DNA of 64,000 nucleotides, from NCBI GenBank assembly GCA_963667015.2, contig CAXXJJ010000001.1, positions 2,400,001 through 2,464,000 of the forward strand, written 5' to 3'. The DNA is from Desulfatiglandales bacterium (GTDB taxonomy: Bacteria > Desulfobacterota > DSM-4660 > Desulfatiglandales > HGW-15). Positions 39,556-48,824 of the stretch are shown here, in pieces. How positions within the stretch are numbered: position 1 is the stretch's first letter; every line of letters starts with the position of its first letter. The position numbers and the translations under genes were made by a program. Under the pieces are notes generated by a model. That model had not been told where the DNA came from. It searched no databases and worked only from the letters and a program-made list of their open reading frames with translations.

Positions 39556-39866
39556 AGCGGTTAAGGCTGAAGGCTTTTAGGTTTACTGCATTTACTAATA
39601 TCCCTCAGTCTAAATTCCTTCAGTCTGCTTTCCTAAACATAGCAACTAAATGCTTCAGTCTAACTTTTAAAGCTGGAGAACAAGGAAAGGGTTAATTCGA
39701 CTTTTTGTGATTTGCCCTTTATTTTAAAATCTTAAAATTTCTGTCGATGGGCAAAGACAGTCCTGATTCCCAGCTTTGTAATATATTGCTCCGGCCAGAC
39801 TCTACCATCAAATTTTTTATTGGTAATAATAACAGCGGACTTTAGGTCAGAGGCTGATTAGCATTA

Positions 39867-39895
39867 TTGACAATATACTATAAATGGTATAAGTT
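39867..39895 (+). promoter_or_regulatory. Toxin-antitoxin promoter with palindromic operator
   Basis: TTGACA at 39867, TGGTATAAG / TAAGTT -10 region, imperfect palindrome TATACTA-TAAA-TGGTATA; ATG follows immediately. Confidence 0.6.
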
Positions 39896-40180
39896 ATGCA
39901 CGAGTGGCAAGTTGAGATAAGTAAAAAGATTGTCAGGCAAATAAAACGATTGCCGAATAAAGCAGTAAAAGAAAGTCTGTTTGCCCTTTTACGTGATATT
40001 GAATTGCATGGGCCGGTAAGGGGAGACTGGCCTAATTACGGAAAACTGGACAAGGACAGACACCATTGTCACATAAAGAAAGGGCATCCTACTTATGTCG
40101 TAATTTGGGAGGAACAAAATAAAAAAATACGACTTGTCGAGGTTACATATGTTGGAACACACGAAAAAGCACCATATTGA
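39896..40180 (+). CDS. RelE/HigB-like toxin
   Basis: 94 aa, basic; WPNYGKL..HHCHIKKGHPTYV..W..VEVTYVGTHEKAPY; lies upstream of an XRE gene. Confidence 0.75.
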   Translation: MHEWQVEISKKIVRQIKRLPNKAVKESLFALLRDIELHGPVRGDWPNYGKLDKDRHHCHIKKGHPTYVVIWEEQNKKIRLVEVTYVGTHEKAPY

Positions 40181-40502
40181 ACTGATAACTATTCGGTTTC
40201 GCGGGCCGGCTGATAAAAGGGATGAAGCTGAACGACTTATGAAAAAGATTGGGTATTTAGATCTGCACGAAGGTGTACCATGGCGTGAAGCTTTTCAGGA
40301 GATTTCTGATAATGACAGTCCGTCTATTTGTCTTCGTGCACTGCGTAACAGAGAAGGGCTTACGCAGAAGGATCTGGCAGAAAGAGCAGGCATTCCTCAA
40401 TCACACCTTTCCATGATGGAGCGTGGAAAAATGCAGATAGGCGTACAGCGTGCCAAAAAACTCGGAAAAGCTTTGAACGCCGGTTATAAATTATTTTTAT
40501 AA
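40149..40502 (+). CDS. XRE/HigA-like HTH antitoxin
   Basis: LRALRNREGLTQKDLAERAGIPQSHLSMMERG; overlaps the toxin 3' end. Confidence 0.85.
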   Translation: MLEHTKKHHIELITIRFRGPADKRDEAERLMKKIGYLDLHEGVPWREAFQEISDNDSPSICLRALRNREGLTQKDLAERAGIPQSHLSMMERGKMQIGVQRAKKLGKALNAGYKLFL

Positions 40503-40783
40503 TTAGCAGTGTCCATCCAGAAATTGCCTCTTTCGGATGTACAAATTAATTTGAAGAGTTTTTATACACCTTACAGTTTTGGGCCTTGTAACATGTTGAA
40601 TAATAAAGTAATTCCGATGTGGGAGTTAGAATGATATAATGAGTCTTCGGACAATTGTTAGCTAAAGGCCTTCAGTCTTTACCCTGTTAAATCCGCGTAG
40701 CGGGCTGCAAAGCAGCATTAAACAGGGTGAATCCCTTCAGCCCGTCTTATTTTCGGGCAAATGTCTAATTTGGTGACTATCTT

Positions 40784-41920
40784 ATGAAACTATTTTTACT
40801 CCTATTATTCTGGTCTCTCTGGTATGTAAACTTTTATGCAAAATCGATCATCTCTCCTTTAATGCCGCTCATTGAAGACGAATTTGCAATAACTCATACC
40901 ATGTCAGGAATATTGTTCTTCTGTTTCTGGATCGGAAATACTATATCGGTTTTTTATGCAGGGTTTTTATCGTTAAGGATAGGCTACAAGCGTTCAATCC
41001 TTCTTTCATTCTATGGAATGACCATTATCTTTATATTCTTAAGATTTGCCTCTTCATATATCTCTTTTGCTGCATTTTCGTTCATGCTGGGCCTGGCATC
41101 AGGGATATATCTGCCATGCGGAATCCCGCTTATAACGGCGGTGTTTGAACCGGAAAACTGGGGAAAAGCCATCTCTGTCCACGAAACTGCTGCCGGATTC
41201 AGCATGTTGACTGTCCCGTTTTTTGTAACATTTGTTATCTCAATCATGAGCTGGAAATCGGTTTTTTTTATTATAGGCGGGGCATGCCTGCTTGTGGGGG
41301 CAGTGCTTCACATCTTTTCCCCTGATCCCAGGGCAAAAAAGGAAGAAAAGACAGGGATGATGAACATAGTGCGCAGAAAGGATTTCTGGATCATGACGGC
41401 ACTGTGGAGTTCCTGCGCAATCGCCAGTATGGGTATATTTAATATTATACCCCTGTTCCTTGTGAAAGAACGCGGTATCCCCATAGAAGCTGCAAATACA
41501 ATATTCGGCATCTCAAGGATAGGCGGCTTTATTGCAATGATTTCCGTGGGTTTTATTATTGACCGTTTTAATCTCAAAAAACTCCTTCTGATCCTTCTTC
41601 TGGCAGCGGGCCTTTCGACCATGGCAATTGCTGTTATAAATGTTCCATGGCTTTTAAGTGTAGCGCTGTTTTTCCAGGCAACATTCAGTGTTGTGTTTTT
41701 TCCAGCCGGGCTTGTGGCTATTTCAAAGTTGACTACTCTGGGCGAACGTAGTGTCTTTACCGGCATACTTATGAGTATGTCAGGGATAATAGGCCCTGGC
41801 CTTTCTCCAATAATACTTGGAGCAATTGCTGATGTTTGGACCTTTCAGGCAGGAATCCTGGGCTGCGGAGTCTTAATAACATCAGCCTGCCTTCTTGTAC
41901 GATATCTTCGCGAAGTTTAG
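40784..41920 (+). CDS. MFS transporter
   Basis: Multi-TM, ISPLMPLI, GYKRSI, GFIIDRF, GAIAD. Confidence 0.88.
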   Translation: MKLFLLLLFWSLWYVNFYAKSIISPLMPLIEDEFAITHTMSGILFFCFWIGNTISVFYAGFLSLRIGYKRSILLSFYGMTIIFIFLRFASSYISFAAFSFMLGLASGIYLPCGIPLITAVFEPENWGKAISVHETAAGFSMLTVPFFVTFVISIMSWKSVFFIIGGACLLVGAVLHIFSPDPRAKKEEKTGMMNIVRRKDFWIMTALWSSCAIASMGIFNIIPLFLVKERGIPIEAANTIFGISRIGGFIAMISVGFIIDRFNLKKLLLILLLAAGLSTMAIAVINVPWLLSVALFFQATFSVVFFPAGLVAISKLTTLGERSVFTGILMSMSGIIGPGLSPIILGAIADVWTFQAGILGCGVLITSACLLVRYLREV

Positions 41921-42190
41921 ATATTCTGTATTTATCCGCCACCAATCCTTATATATATCGCGGCAGGTTGAGACTGTATTTACAGTTGTGCACGCTATCA
42001 ATATGTCCCCTGATTAAGGGCGGGATGGTGAGGTGTCGATAAATGTGTACAATAAAAATATAACTCCAATGTATTATTAAAGATAATAAATGTTCCTGCT
42101 GTTTATAACCGGTAAATTTGTGATAAATGATGATGGTAAAAACATTAGTAATATCAATAAGTAATAAATATAGTATGATTTATATTAAAT

Positions 42191-42207
42191 TTGGCACTGA
42201 TATTGCT
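42191..42207 (+). promoter_or_regulatory. Sigma-54 promoter
   Basis: TTGGCACTGATATTGCT, a near-consensus GG-N10-GC. Confidence 0.8.
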
Positions 42208-42269
42208 TATAAGCTGAAACAGTGTTCGATTTAAGTACTAGTTGTTTTTCGTATCTGTTTTTTGTTTTA

Positions 42270-42368
42270 CCGCTTGTTAAGGCGAATGTTCGAAAGAACA
42301 TGCAGCATAGCCGCTGATCCTGGTTCTAAAGTACTGATTCGATATTTAGGTGAAGGGTCACCAGGCGG
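42270..42368 (+). ncRNA. Diverged c-di-GMP-I (GEMM-I)-like riboswitch
   Basis: P1 CCGCTTG/CAGGCGG and P2 TGTTC-GAAA-GAACA; paralogous in position to the 46570 aptamer, but core motifs are altered. Confidence 0.6.
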
Positions 42369-42428
42369 AGAAGCACCGACCTAAGTGCTGTTCCGTATTT
42401 TATAGCAACATAGGGAGGTGTTTTTTTT

Positions 42429-45400
42429 ATGTCAAGATTTATCAATTCCAGTATTTTGTCCAGTGTCAGGCGTATATTAATCTATACGTCTATGTTATTG
42501 CTTTTCAGCATTGCAGTAAATGCCCGTGAGGTTACTCTTCAATGGGACCCCAATTCGGAGCCCGATTTAAGCCATTATGTGGTCTACTGGGGTGAAAATT
42601 CAGGGGAATACTCAAATAACAGTGGTGATATAGGGCTTGTTACAACCTATTCAGCTATACTGCCTGATGATGGCCAGATTTACTATTTTGCTGTCACTGC
42701 AGTTGATGAGGCAGGACTTGAAAGCGATTATTCAAATGAGGTAAATACTGAAGGAGTTTCAAGCAACACTGGTCCCCTCGCGGCAGCAGGACCGGATCAG
42801 AATGTTAATGAAGGATCTCTGGTATATCTTGATGCCTCAAATTCAAACGATCCTGATGGTGAAATCGTATCCTATCAATGGGTACAGGCTGGCGGAATTG
42901 ATGTGGCCCTTAATGATCCTGCTGCAATGCAACCTTCATTTTATGCCCCGTCTATCTCTTCAGATGGCGAATCCCTGACTTTTCTGCTTACAGTAACGGA
43001 TGACGAAGGTCTCCAGTCCACAGACACCTGCATTGTTAATATAGTATCTGTAAATATTCCCCCAGCAGCCAATGCAGGGCCAGACCAGAATGTAAATGAA
43101 GGCTCGCTGGTATATCTTGACGGCACCAATTCAAGTGATCCTGACGGTGATTCCCTGACATATCAGTGGTTGCAGACAGGCGGGCCTTCCGTAATCCTGG
43201 ATGATTCAACTTTGGTTCAACCCATATTTGACTCTCCTTATATTGACTCAGAAGGCGAATCCCTGACCTTCCAGCTTACGGTAACTGATGAACATGGTCT
43301 TCAGTCAACAGACAGCTGTATTGTTAACATAATATCTGTAAATAATCCCCCATCAGCTAATGCAGGACCTGACCAGAATGTTAATGAAGGTTCAGTGGTA
43401 CACCTGAGCGGGGCCAATTCAAGTGATCCTGATGGTGACCCATTGACATATCAATGGACACAAACAGGGGGCAGGGCCGTTTCCCTGGATGATTCAGGTG
43501 CTGTACAGACATTATTTAATTCTCCCTATATAGAATCTGATGGAGAATCACTGACGTTCCAATTGACGGTTACCGATAAGGCAGGTCTTCAGTCAACAGA
43601 CACCTGTATTGTTAATATCGTATCAGTAAATAATCCGCCCTCAGCCAGCGCGGGCCCGGATCAGACCGTTGAGGAAGGTGCTGCAGTTACACTTAACGGC
43701 TCAGGTTCAACAGACCCTGATGGAGATGTCCTGTCTTTCAAATGGGTTCAGATCGGAGGCACTTCCGTTACCCTCAGCAGTTCAATAGCAGCGAATCCTG
43801 TTTTTGAAACCTTCCTGGTAGATCCTGAAGGCGAATCTCTGACCTTTCAACTCACTGTTACAGATGCAGACGGCCTGCAGTCAAAAGATACCTGTATCGT
43901 TAATATAACATGGGTAAACGATCCCCCGGTTGCAAGTGCAGGCCCTGATCAGAATGTCGATGAAGGCTCTTCTGTAACCCTTAACGGTTCCGGATCAACA
44001 GACCCTGATGGTGATTCCGTTGTCTATAACTGGACCCAGGTAAGCGGTCCGGCGGTAACCTTTAGTGGCTCAAACGTTGCAAACCCAACATTTGCCATAC
44101 CGTATATTGAATCTGACGGTGAGTCCATGACCTTTCAGCTGACGGTAACTGATGCCGGCGGTCTTCAGTCAACAGATACCTGTGTAGTAAATATCGTATC
44201 AGTTAATAATCCTCCGGAAGCAAATGCAGGGGCTGATCAGAATGTTGATGAAGGTTCTTCTGTAACTCTTAACGGTTTCGGATCGAGTGATCCTGACGGT
44301 GATGTGCTTGCCTATAAATGGACCCAGATAAGCGGTCCGGTTGTAACCTTAACCAGTGCCGGCTCAGTTCAGGCAGGCTTTATGGCTCCCGATGTGGATA
44401 AAGAAGGTGCAACTGCTGTATTTCAACTGACAGTAACTGATGAAAGCGGTCTTCAGGCAACGGACACCTGTATGGTAAATATCCAGTCAGTTAATAATCC
44501 TCCGGAAGCCAGTGCAGGGGCTGATCAGACGATTGATGAAGGGGTATCAGCATCTCTTAGCGGTTCCGGATCAAGTGATCCTGACGGAGATGTGCTTGTC
44601 TATAAATGGTCCCAGGTAAGCGGTCCGGTTGTAAGCTTAACAAATGCCGGCTCAGCTCAGGCAGGCTTTAAGGCTCCGGACGTTGACAAGGATGGCACAA
44701 CACTTGTTTTTAAGTTGACTGTAACAGATGAAGGCGGATTAGAGTCTACTGATACCTGTGCTGTCAACATTTCCTGGGTAAATGAGGCTCCTGTAGCCGA
44801 TGCAGGTCCTGACCAGACGTTTTCCGAAGGTTTATCAGTAACGCTTAATGGTTCGGGTTCCAGTGATCCGGACGGTAATACACTTTCCTATAGGTGGGTG
44901 CAGATAGGCGGGCCTGCTGTAATACTTAATAATTCAGCTTCAATTCAGCCAGCCTTTATAACTCCTGATGTCGGTATGGAAGGCGATGCTGTTGTCTTCC
45001 GGTTAACTGTAACCGACCAGGGAGGCCTTGAATCAACTGACACATGTGTTGTTAATGTATCCTGGGTAAATGAGGCTCCAACAGCAAATGCCGGATCGGA
45101 TCAGACAGTTAACGAGGGATCGGTTATAACACTCAATGGCTCAGGTTCCAGTGACCCAGACGGTAGTTCTCTTACCTTTAAATGGATTCAGGTAAGCGGT
45201 CCTGCTGTCAGTTTGAGTAACTCAGGTTCGGCCATAACATCATTCACATCTCCGGATGTAAATGCAATAGGTGATTTTATAACTTTTCAGTTAACAGTAA
45301 CTGACCCTGAGGGTCTTCAGGCAACAGACAGGTGTATTATTAACATACTATCTGTAAATGCCGCTCCTGCAGCAGATGCAGGTCCTGACCAGACAGTAAA

Positions 45401-46313
45401 TGAGGGTTCTTCAGTTACACTCAACGGCTCAGGTTCCAGTGATCCTGACGGTGACAGTCTCACCTATAGATGGACCCAGGTAAGCGGAATTGCAGTTAAT
45501 CTGAATAACTCAACTTCTGCACTGGCAACTTTTACATCCCCGGATATAGATCAAGATGAGACAGTTGTCTTTCAGCTGACTGTAAAGGATGAAGGAGGTC
45601 TTGAATCAACGGATAGATGTACTGTCAACATTTCCATGGTGAACGAGGCTCCGACAGCCAATGCAGGAAGTGATCAGACTGTAAGTGAAGGCACACTTGT
45701 AACCCTTAATGGTTCCGGATCAAGTGATCCTGAGGGTGACACACTTTCCTACGAATGGATTCAGGTAAGTGGCCCGCATGTAACAATCTCAGGTGCGGCA
45801 TCTGCAGCACCATCTTTTAATGCTCAGTCATATATACCAGGCGATAATTCTCTGATTTTCCAACTCACTGTAGCTGATGCAGGCGGCCTGAAATCAACGG
45901 ATCAATGTTCAGTAACGGTTACAGGTACTAATAATTCTGACCTGACAGGATACTGGAACTCAGTCATAAAATACTGGAGCTGGACTGAACGTACATATGT
46001 CCTTAATGGCAGCTTTACTGTTCGCAACAATGGCGGTACTGTGGATAAACCTTTCAGGGTTTGCTTCTATCTTTCAAGAGATAGTCAGCTCAGTTCAGAT
46101 GATGTCTTAATATTTGATCAGTCAATCGCATCAGTAGGCGCTGATGGGGCTGTGAATATTTCTCTGGACCAGATTAAGAGCAGCTATTTAACAAAGTTCA
46201 ATAATGTTATATGCAAAATTGATGATGGTAACGCAATACCGGAAACGAATGAGGATAACAATTCAATAGCAACCGGTATTAATGTAAATTACTGGAGCTT
46301 TTTCTGGCGCTAG
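42429..46313 (+). CDS. Secreted adhesin-like protein: FN3 + 11 PKD-like repeats + CARDB-like C-terminus
   Basis: Signal peptide; VTLQWDPN..YYFAVTAVD..ESDYSNEV; 11 ~96-aa AG[PAS]DQ..DPDG..W.Q..FQLTVTD repeats; C-terminal IPETNEDNN. Confidence 0.88.
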   Translation: MSRFINSSILSSVRRILIYTSMLLLFSIAVNAREVTLQWDPNSEPDLSHYVVYWGENSGEYSNNSGDIGLVTTYSAILPDDGQIYYFAVTAVDEAGLESDYSNEVNTEGVSSNTGPLAAAGPDQNVNEGSLVYLDASNSNDPDGEIVSYQWVQAGGIDVALNDPAAMQPSFYAPSISSDGESLTFLLTVTDDEGLQSTDTCIVNIVSVNIPPAANAGPDQNVNEGSLVYLDGTNSSDPDGDSLTYQWLQTGGPSVILDDSTLVQPIFDSPYIDSEGESLTFQLTVTDEHGLQSTDSCIVNIISVNNPPSANAGPDQNVNEGSVVHLSGANSSDPDGDPLTYQWTQTGGRAVSLDDSGAVQTLFNSPYIESDGESLTFQLTVTDKAGLQSTDTCIVNIVSVNNPPSASAGPDQTVEEGAAVTLNGSGSTDPDGDVLSFKWVQIGGTSVTLSSSIAANPVFETFLVDPEGESLTFQLTVTDADGLQSKDTCIVNITWVNDPPVASAGPDQNVDEGSSVTLNGSGSTDPDGDSVVYNWTQVSGPAVTFSGSNVANPTFAIPYIESDGESMTFQLTVTDAGGLQSTDTCVVNIVSVNNPPEANAGADQNVDEGSSVTLNGFGSSDPDGDVLAYKWTQISGPVVTLTSAGSVQAGFMAPDVDKEGATAVFQLTVTDESGLQATDTCMVNIQSVNNPPEASAGADQTIDEGVSASLSGSGSSDPDGDVLVYKWSQVSGPVVSLTNAGSAQAGFKAPDVDKDGTTLVFKLTVTDEGGLESTDTCAVNISWVNEAPVADAGPDQTFSEGLSVTLNGSGSSDPDGNTLSYRWVQIGGPAVILNNSASIQPAFITPDVGMEGDAVVFRLTVTDQGGLESTDTCVVNVSWVNEAPTANAGSDQTVNEGSVITLNGSGSSDPDGSSLTFKWIQVSGPAVSLSNSGSAITSFTSPDVNAIGDFITFQLTVTDPEGLQATDRCIINILSVNAAPAADAGPDQTVNEGSSVTLNGSGSSDPDGDSLTYRWTQVSGIAVNLNNSTSALATFTSPDIDQDETVVFQLTVKDEGGLESTDRCTVNISMVNEAPTANAGSDQTVSEGTLVTLNGSGSSDPEGDTLSYEWIQVSGPHVTISGAASAAPSFNAQSYIPGDNSLIFQLTVADAGGLKSTDQCSVTVTGTNNSDLTGYWNSVIKYWSWTERTYVLNGSFTVRNNGGTVDKPFRVCFYLSRDSQLSSDDVLIFDQSIASVGADGAVNISLDQIKSSYLTKFNNVICKIDDGNAIPETNEDNNSIATGINVNYWSFFWR

Positions 46314-46325
46314 AATCACAAATGA

Positions 46326-46358
46326 AAAATGTCAGGGCTTTTGCCCTGGCATTTTTTT
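46326..46358 (+). terminator. Intrinsic terminator
   Basis: ATGTCAGGGC-TTTT-GCCCTGGCAT followed by a T-tract. Confidence 0.85.
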
Positions 46359-46502
46359 ATTTAGAAAATAAGAACAGCCAATCAGTTTGCTGTATGTATT
46401 TAGTATAATAGATTGTACAGTTTTATGTACACCTCTTTATCCCTTCCCTGTGTAAAATTAATAAAATCAGGATAAAACAGTATGTTACGCCGGTTAATCT
46501 GT

Positions 46503-46519
46503 GCGGCACAAATATTGCT
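46503..46519 (+). promoter_or_regulatory. Sigma-54 promoter
   Basis: GCGGCACAAATATTGCT, GG-N10-GC. Confidence 0.75.
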
Positions 46520-46569
46520 TTAAATGAGAGACAAATGCGTTTAGAGATAATCCGCATTTTTTATCAACT

Positions 46570-46666
46570 CGCTTGATAAAGGCAAAACGTTCGAAAGGGC
46601 GTGACGCAAAGCTGCTGGCCTAAGTTCTCAGATATTGAGTGGATATGGTAGCAGGGCTGCCAGGCG
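46570..46666 (+). ncRNA. c-di-GMP-I (GEMM-I) riboswitch
   Basis: GGCAAAACGTTC-GAAA-GGGCGTGACGCAAAGC..GGCCTAA..ATGGTAGC.GGGCTGCC; P1 CGCTTG/CAGGCG. Confidence 0.92.
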
Positions 46667-46728
46667 GAAAAGCACAAACCCTGGTGCTGGACCGCAGAGA
46701 TTTACAGCATTATGGGAGGTGCTTTTTT

Positions 46729-48588
46729 ATGTTCAGGTGTTTTAAGGATCATGTAGTAACAGGTTTTGTTTATAAAATTGTTTTTGTTTTATTTGTTTTA
46801 ACGGTTTTCAATTCTTCAGTATTTGCCCGTCAGGTCAGCCTGCAATGGGATCCTAATTCGGAGCCCGATTTAAGTCATTACGTTGTTTACTGGGGATCAA
46901 GTTCCGGATCATATTCAAATGACAGTGGAGATATAGGGCTTGCCACTTCATATACATGTTCGTTACCGGATGATGGAAATATATATTATTTTGCAGTCAC
47001 TGCAGTTGATGTGGCAGGATTATCAAGCGATTTTTCAAACGAGGTAAACACAGGTGATCTCTTAATCAGTGACAGCTCAATAGCCGGTAATCCTCCGGCA
47101 GCAGACGCAGGACCTGACCAGAATGTGAATGAAGGTTCACTTGTTTTTCTGGTCGGTTCCAATTCGAGTGACCCGGATGGTGATTTTTTAACATACCGAT
47201 GGGTCCAGACAGGCGGGACTTCCGTAATCCTGGATGACTCAACTTTGGTTCAACCCATATTTGACTCGCCCTATATTGACTCAGAAGGTGAATCTCTTAC
47301 TTTTCAACTGACGGTCACTGATGAAACCGGTCTTCAATCAACAGACACCTGCATTGTAAATATTGTATCTGTAAATAATCCACCTACAGCAAATGCAGGG
47401 CCGGATCAGAATGTAAATGAAGGATCAGTTGTTTATCTGAATGGTTCCAACTCAAGCGATACTGATGATGATTTATTAACATACAATTGGATTCAGATAA
47501 GCGGCCCGGCGGTCAGCATTTCTGGACAAGCTTCAGTTCAGGCCGTATTTGACTCGCCTTATATTGATTCACAAGGTGAATCGCTGGTTTTTCAACTGAC
47601 AGTAACTGATGAAAGCGGTCTTCAGGGAACAGATACCTGTATTGTGAATATAGTGTCTGTAAATAATGCACCTGCCGCAAACGCTGGGCCTGATCAAAGT
47701 GTAAATGAAGGCGCGCTTGTATATCTGGATGGTTCCGGTTCAATTGACTCTGACGGAGATGTTCTTTCCTATCATTGGACCCAGACAGGCGGGGCATCGG
47801 TTACCCTTAGTGATCCTGCTTCAGTAAACCCGGAGTTTGAGACCTTTTTTGTTGACCCTGCAGGAGAATCACTTACTTTCCAGTTGACCGTGACAGATCT
47901 CTATGGTCTCAAATCAACGGATACATGTATTGTAAACATCCTCTGGGTTAATAATCCTCCGGTCGCCGACGCCGGCCCAGATCAGGAAGTAAATGAAGGA
48001 TCTTTTATATCCCTTGACGGGACAGATTCAAATGATCCTGATGGGGATTCCATTACATTTCAGTGGATTCAGACAGGCGGGGCTGCTGTTACGTTAAATG
48101 ACCCGAATGCCGCACAATCTTCGATTGTATCATCCCAGGATATTCCTTCGGGAGAAATACTGATTTTCCAGCTCACGGTTACTGATGAAGGCGGATTAAA
48201 ATCAACGGATGAATGTTCTGTAGCCGTTGTGACTCCTGCGAATTATGATATAACAGGTGACTGGGCATCTTTGTATCCGATAGAAAGAAAAAATAAATCC
48301 TGGATTTCCGGTGGCTTTAATGTCACAAATTTTGGCAGCAGGATTAACCAGGTATTTAATATCTCATTCTATCTTTCAGATGACGGCTCATATGATGCAG
48401 GTGATATGGAGATATACAGCCAGGCTGTAAGTTCACTTGGTGAATATGAAAGTGTTAATGTAACATTGAACAGCATTAAGGTTAATGGATCGGTTATTGG
48501 TAAATATATCATCTGCATAATTGACAGCAGTGATCAGATATCAGAAAACGATGAATCAAATAACATGGTTGTCTCTTTGGTTCAGTAA
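46729..48588 (+). CDS. Paralogous adhesin-like protein: FN3 + 4 PKD-like repeats + CARDB-like C-terminus
   Basis: Same architecture as the 42429 gene; ATG 46729 follows GGGAGG. Confidence 0.88.
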   Translation: MFRCFKDHVVTGFVYKIVFVLFVLTVFNSSVFARQVSLQWDPNSEPDLSHYVVYWGSSSGSYSNDSGDIGLATSYTCSLPDDGNIYYFAVTAVDVAGLSSDFSNEVNTGDLLISDSSIAGNPPAADAGPDQNVNEGSLVFLVGSNSSDPDGDFLTYRWVQTGGTSVILDDSTLVQPIFDSPYIDSEGESLTFQLTVTDETGLQSTDTCIVNIVSVNNPPTANAGPDQNVNEGSVVYLNGSNSSDTDDDLLTYNWIQISGPAVSISGQASVQAVFDSPYIDSQGESLVFQLTVTDESGLQGTDTCIVNIVSVNNAPAANAGPDQSVNEGALVYLDGSGSIDSDGDVLSYHWTQTGGASVTLSDPASVNPEFETFFVDPAGESLTFQLTVTDLYGLKSTDTCIVNILWVNNPPVADAGPDQEVNEGSFISLDGTDSNDPDGDSITFQWIQTGGAAVTLNDPNAAQSSIVSSQDIPSGEILIFQLTVTDEGGLKSTDECSVAVVTPANYDITGDWASLYPIERKNKSWISGGFNVTNFGSRINQVFNISFYLSDDGSYDAGDMEIYSQAVSSLGEYESVNVTLNSIKVNGSVIGKYIICIIDSSDQISENDESNNMVVSLVQ

Positions 48589-48623
48589 CAAAGCAAAGTA
48601 AACAGCAATAATCAAATCGATAT

Positions 48624-48658
48624 AAACAGGTCAGGGTATTACACTGACCTGTTTTTTT
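48624..48658 (+). terminator. Intrinsic terminator
   Basis: AAACAGGTCAG..CTGACCTGTTT followed by a T-tract. Confidence 0.85.
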
Positions 48659-48824
48659 ATGGAATTTTAATCATATACTATAAAAATGAGACATTGATTT
48701 TTAATTAAATAATGCTACTATTCAGCGGGCTTTATGAAATGAAAGCAACCTCTGGCCTGAAAGCAATAAACACCAGTTCATGATAAGGCTGTCAAGCTAT
48801 CTAAAGGCATCGGAAGGAGATAAT

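Noticed and set aside
40509..40545. GTGTCCATCCAGAAA..TTTCGGATGTACA as an IS end
   Set aside because: Only a short collapsed inverted repeat with no transposase; at most a MITE scar.
42780..45920. ~290-bp periodic repeats as an array or DGR template
   Set aside because: They are in-frame PKD-like protein repeats; there is no reverse transcriptase and no evident A-specific variation.
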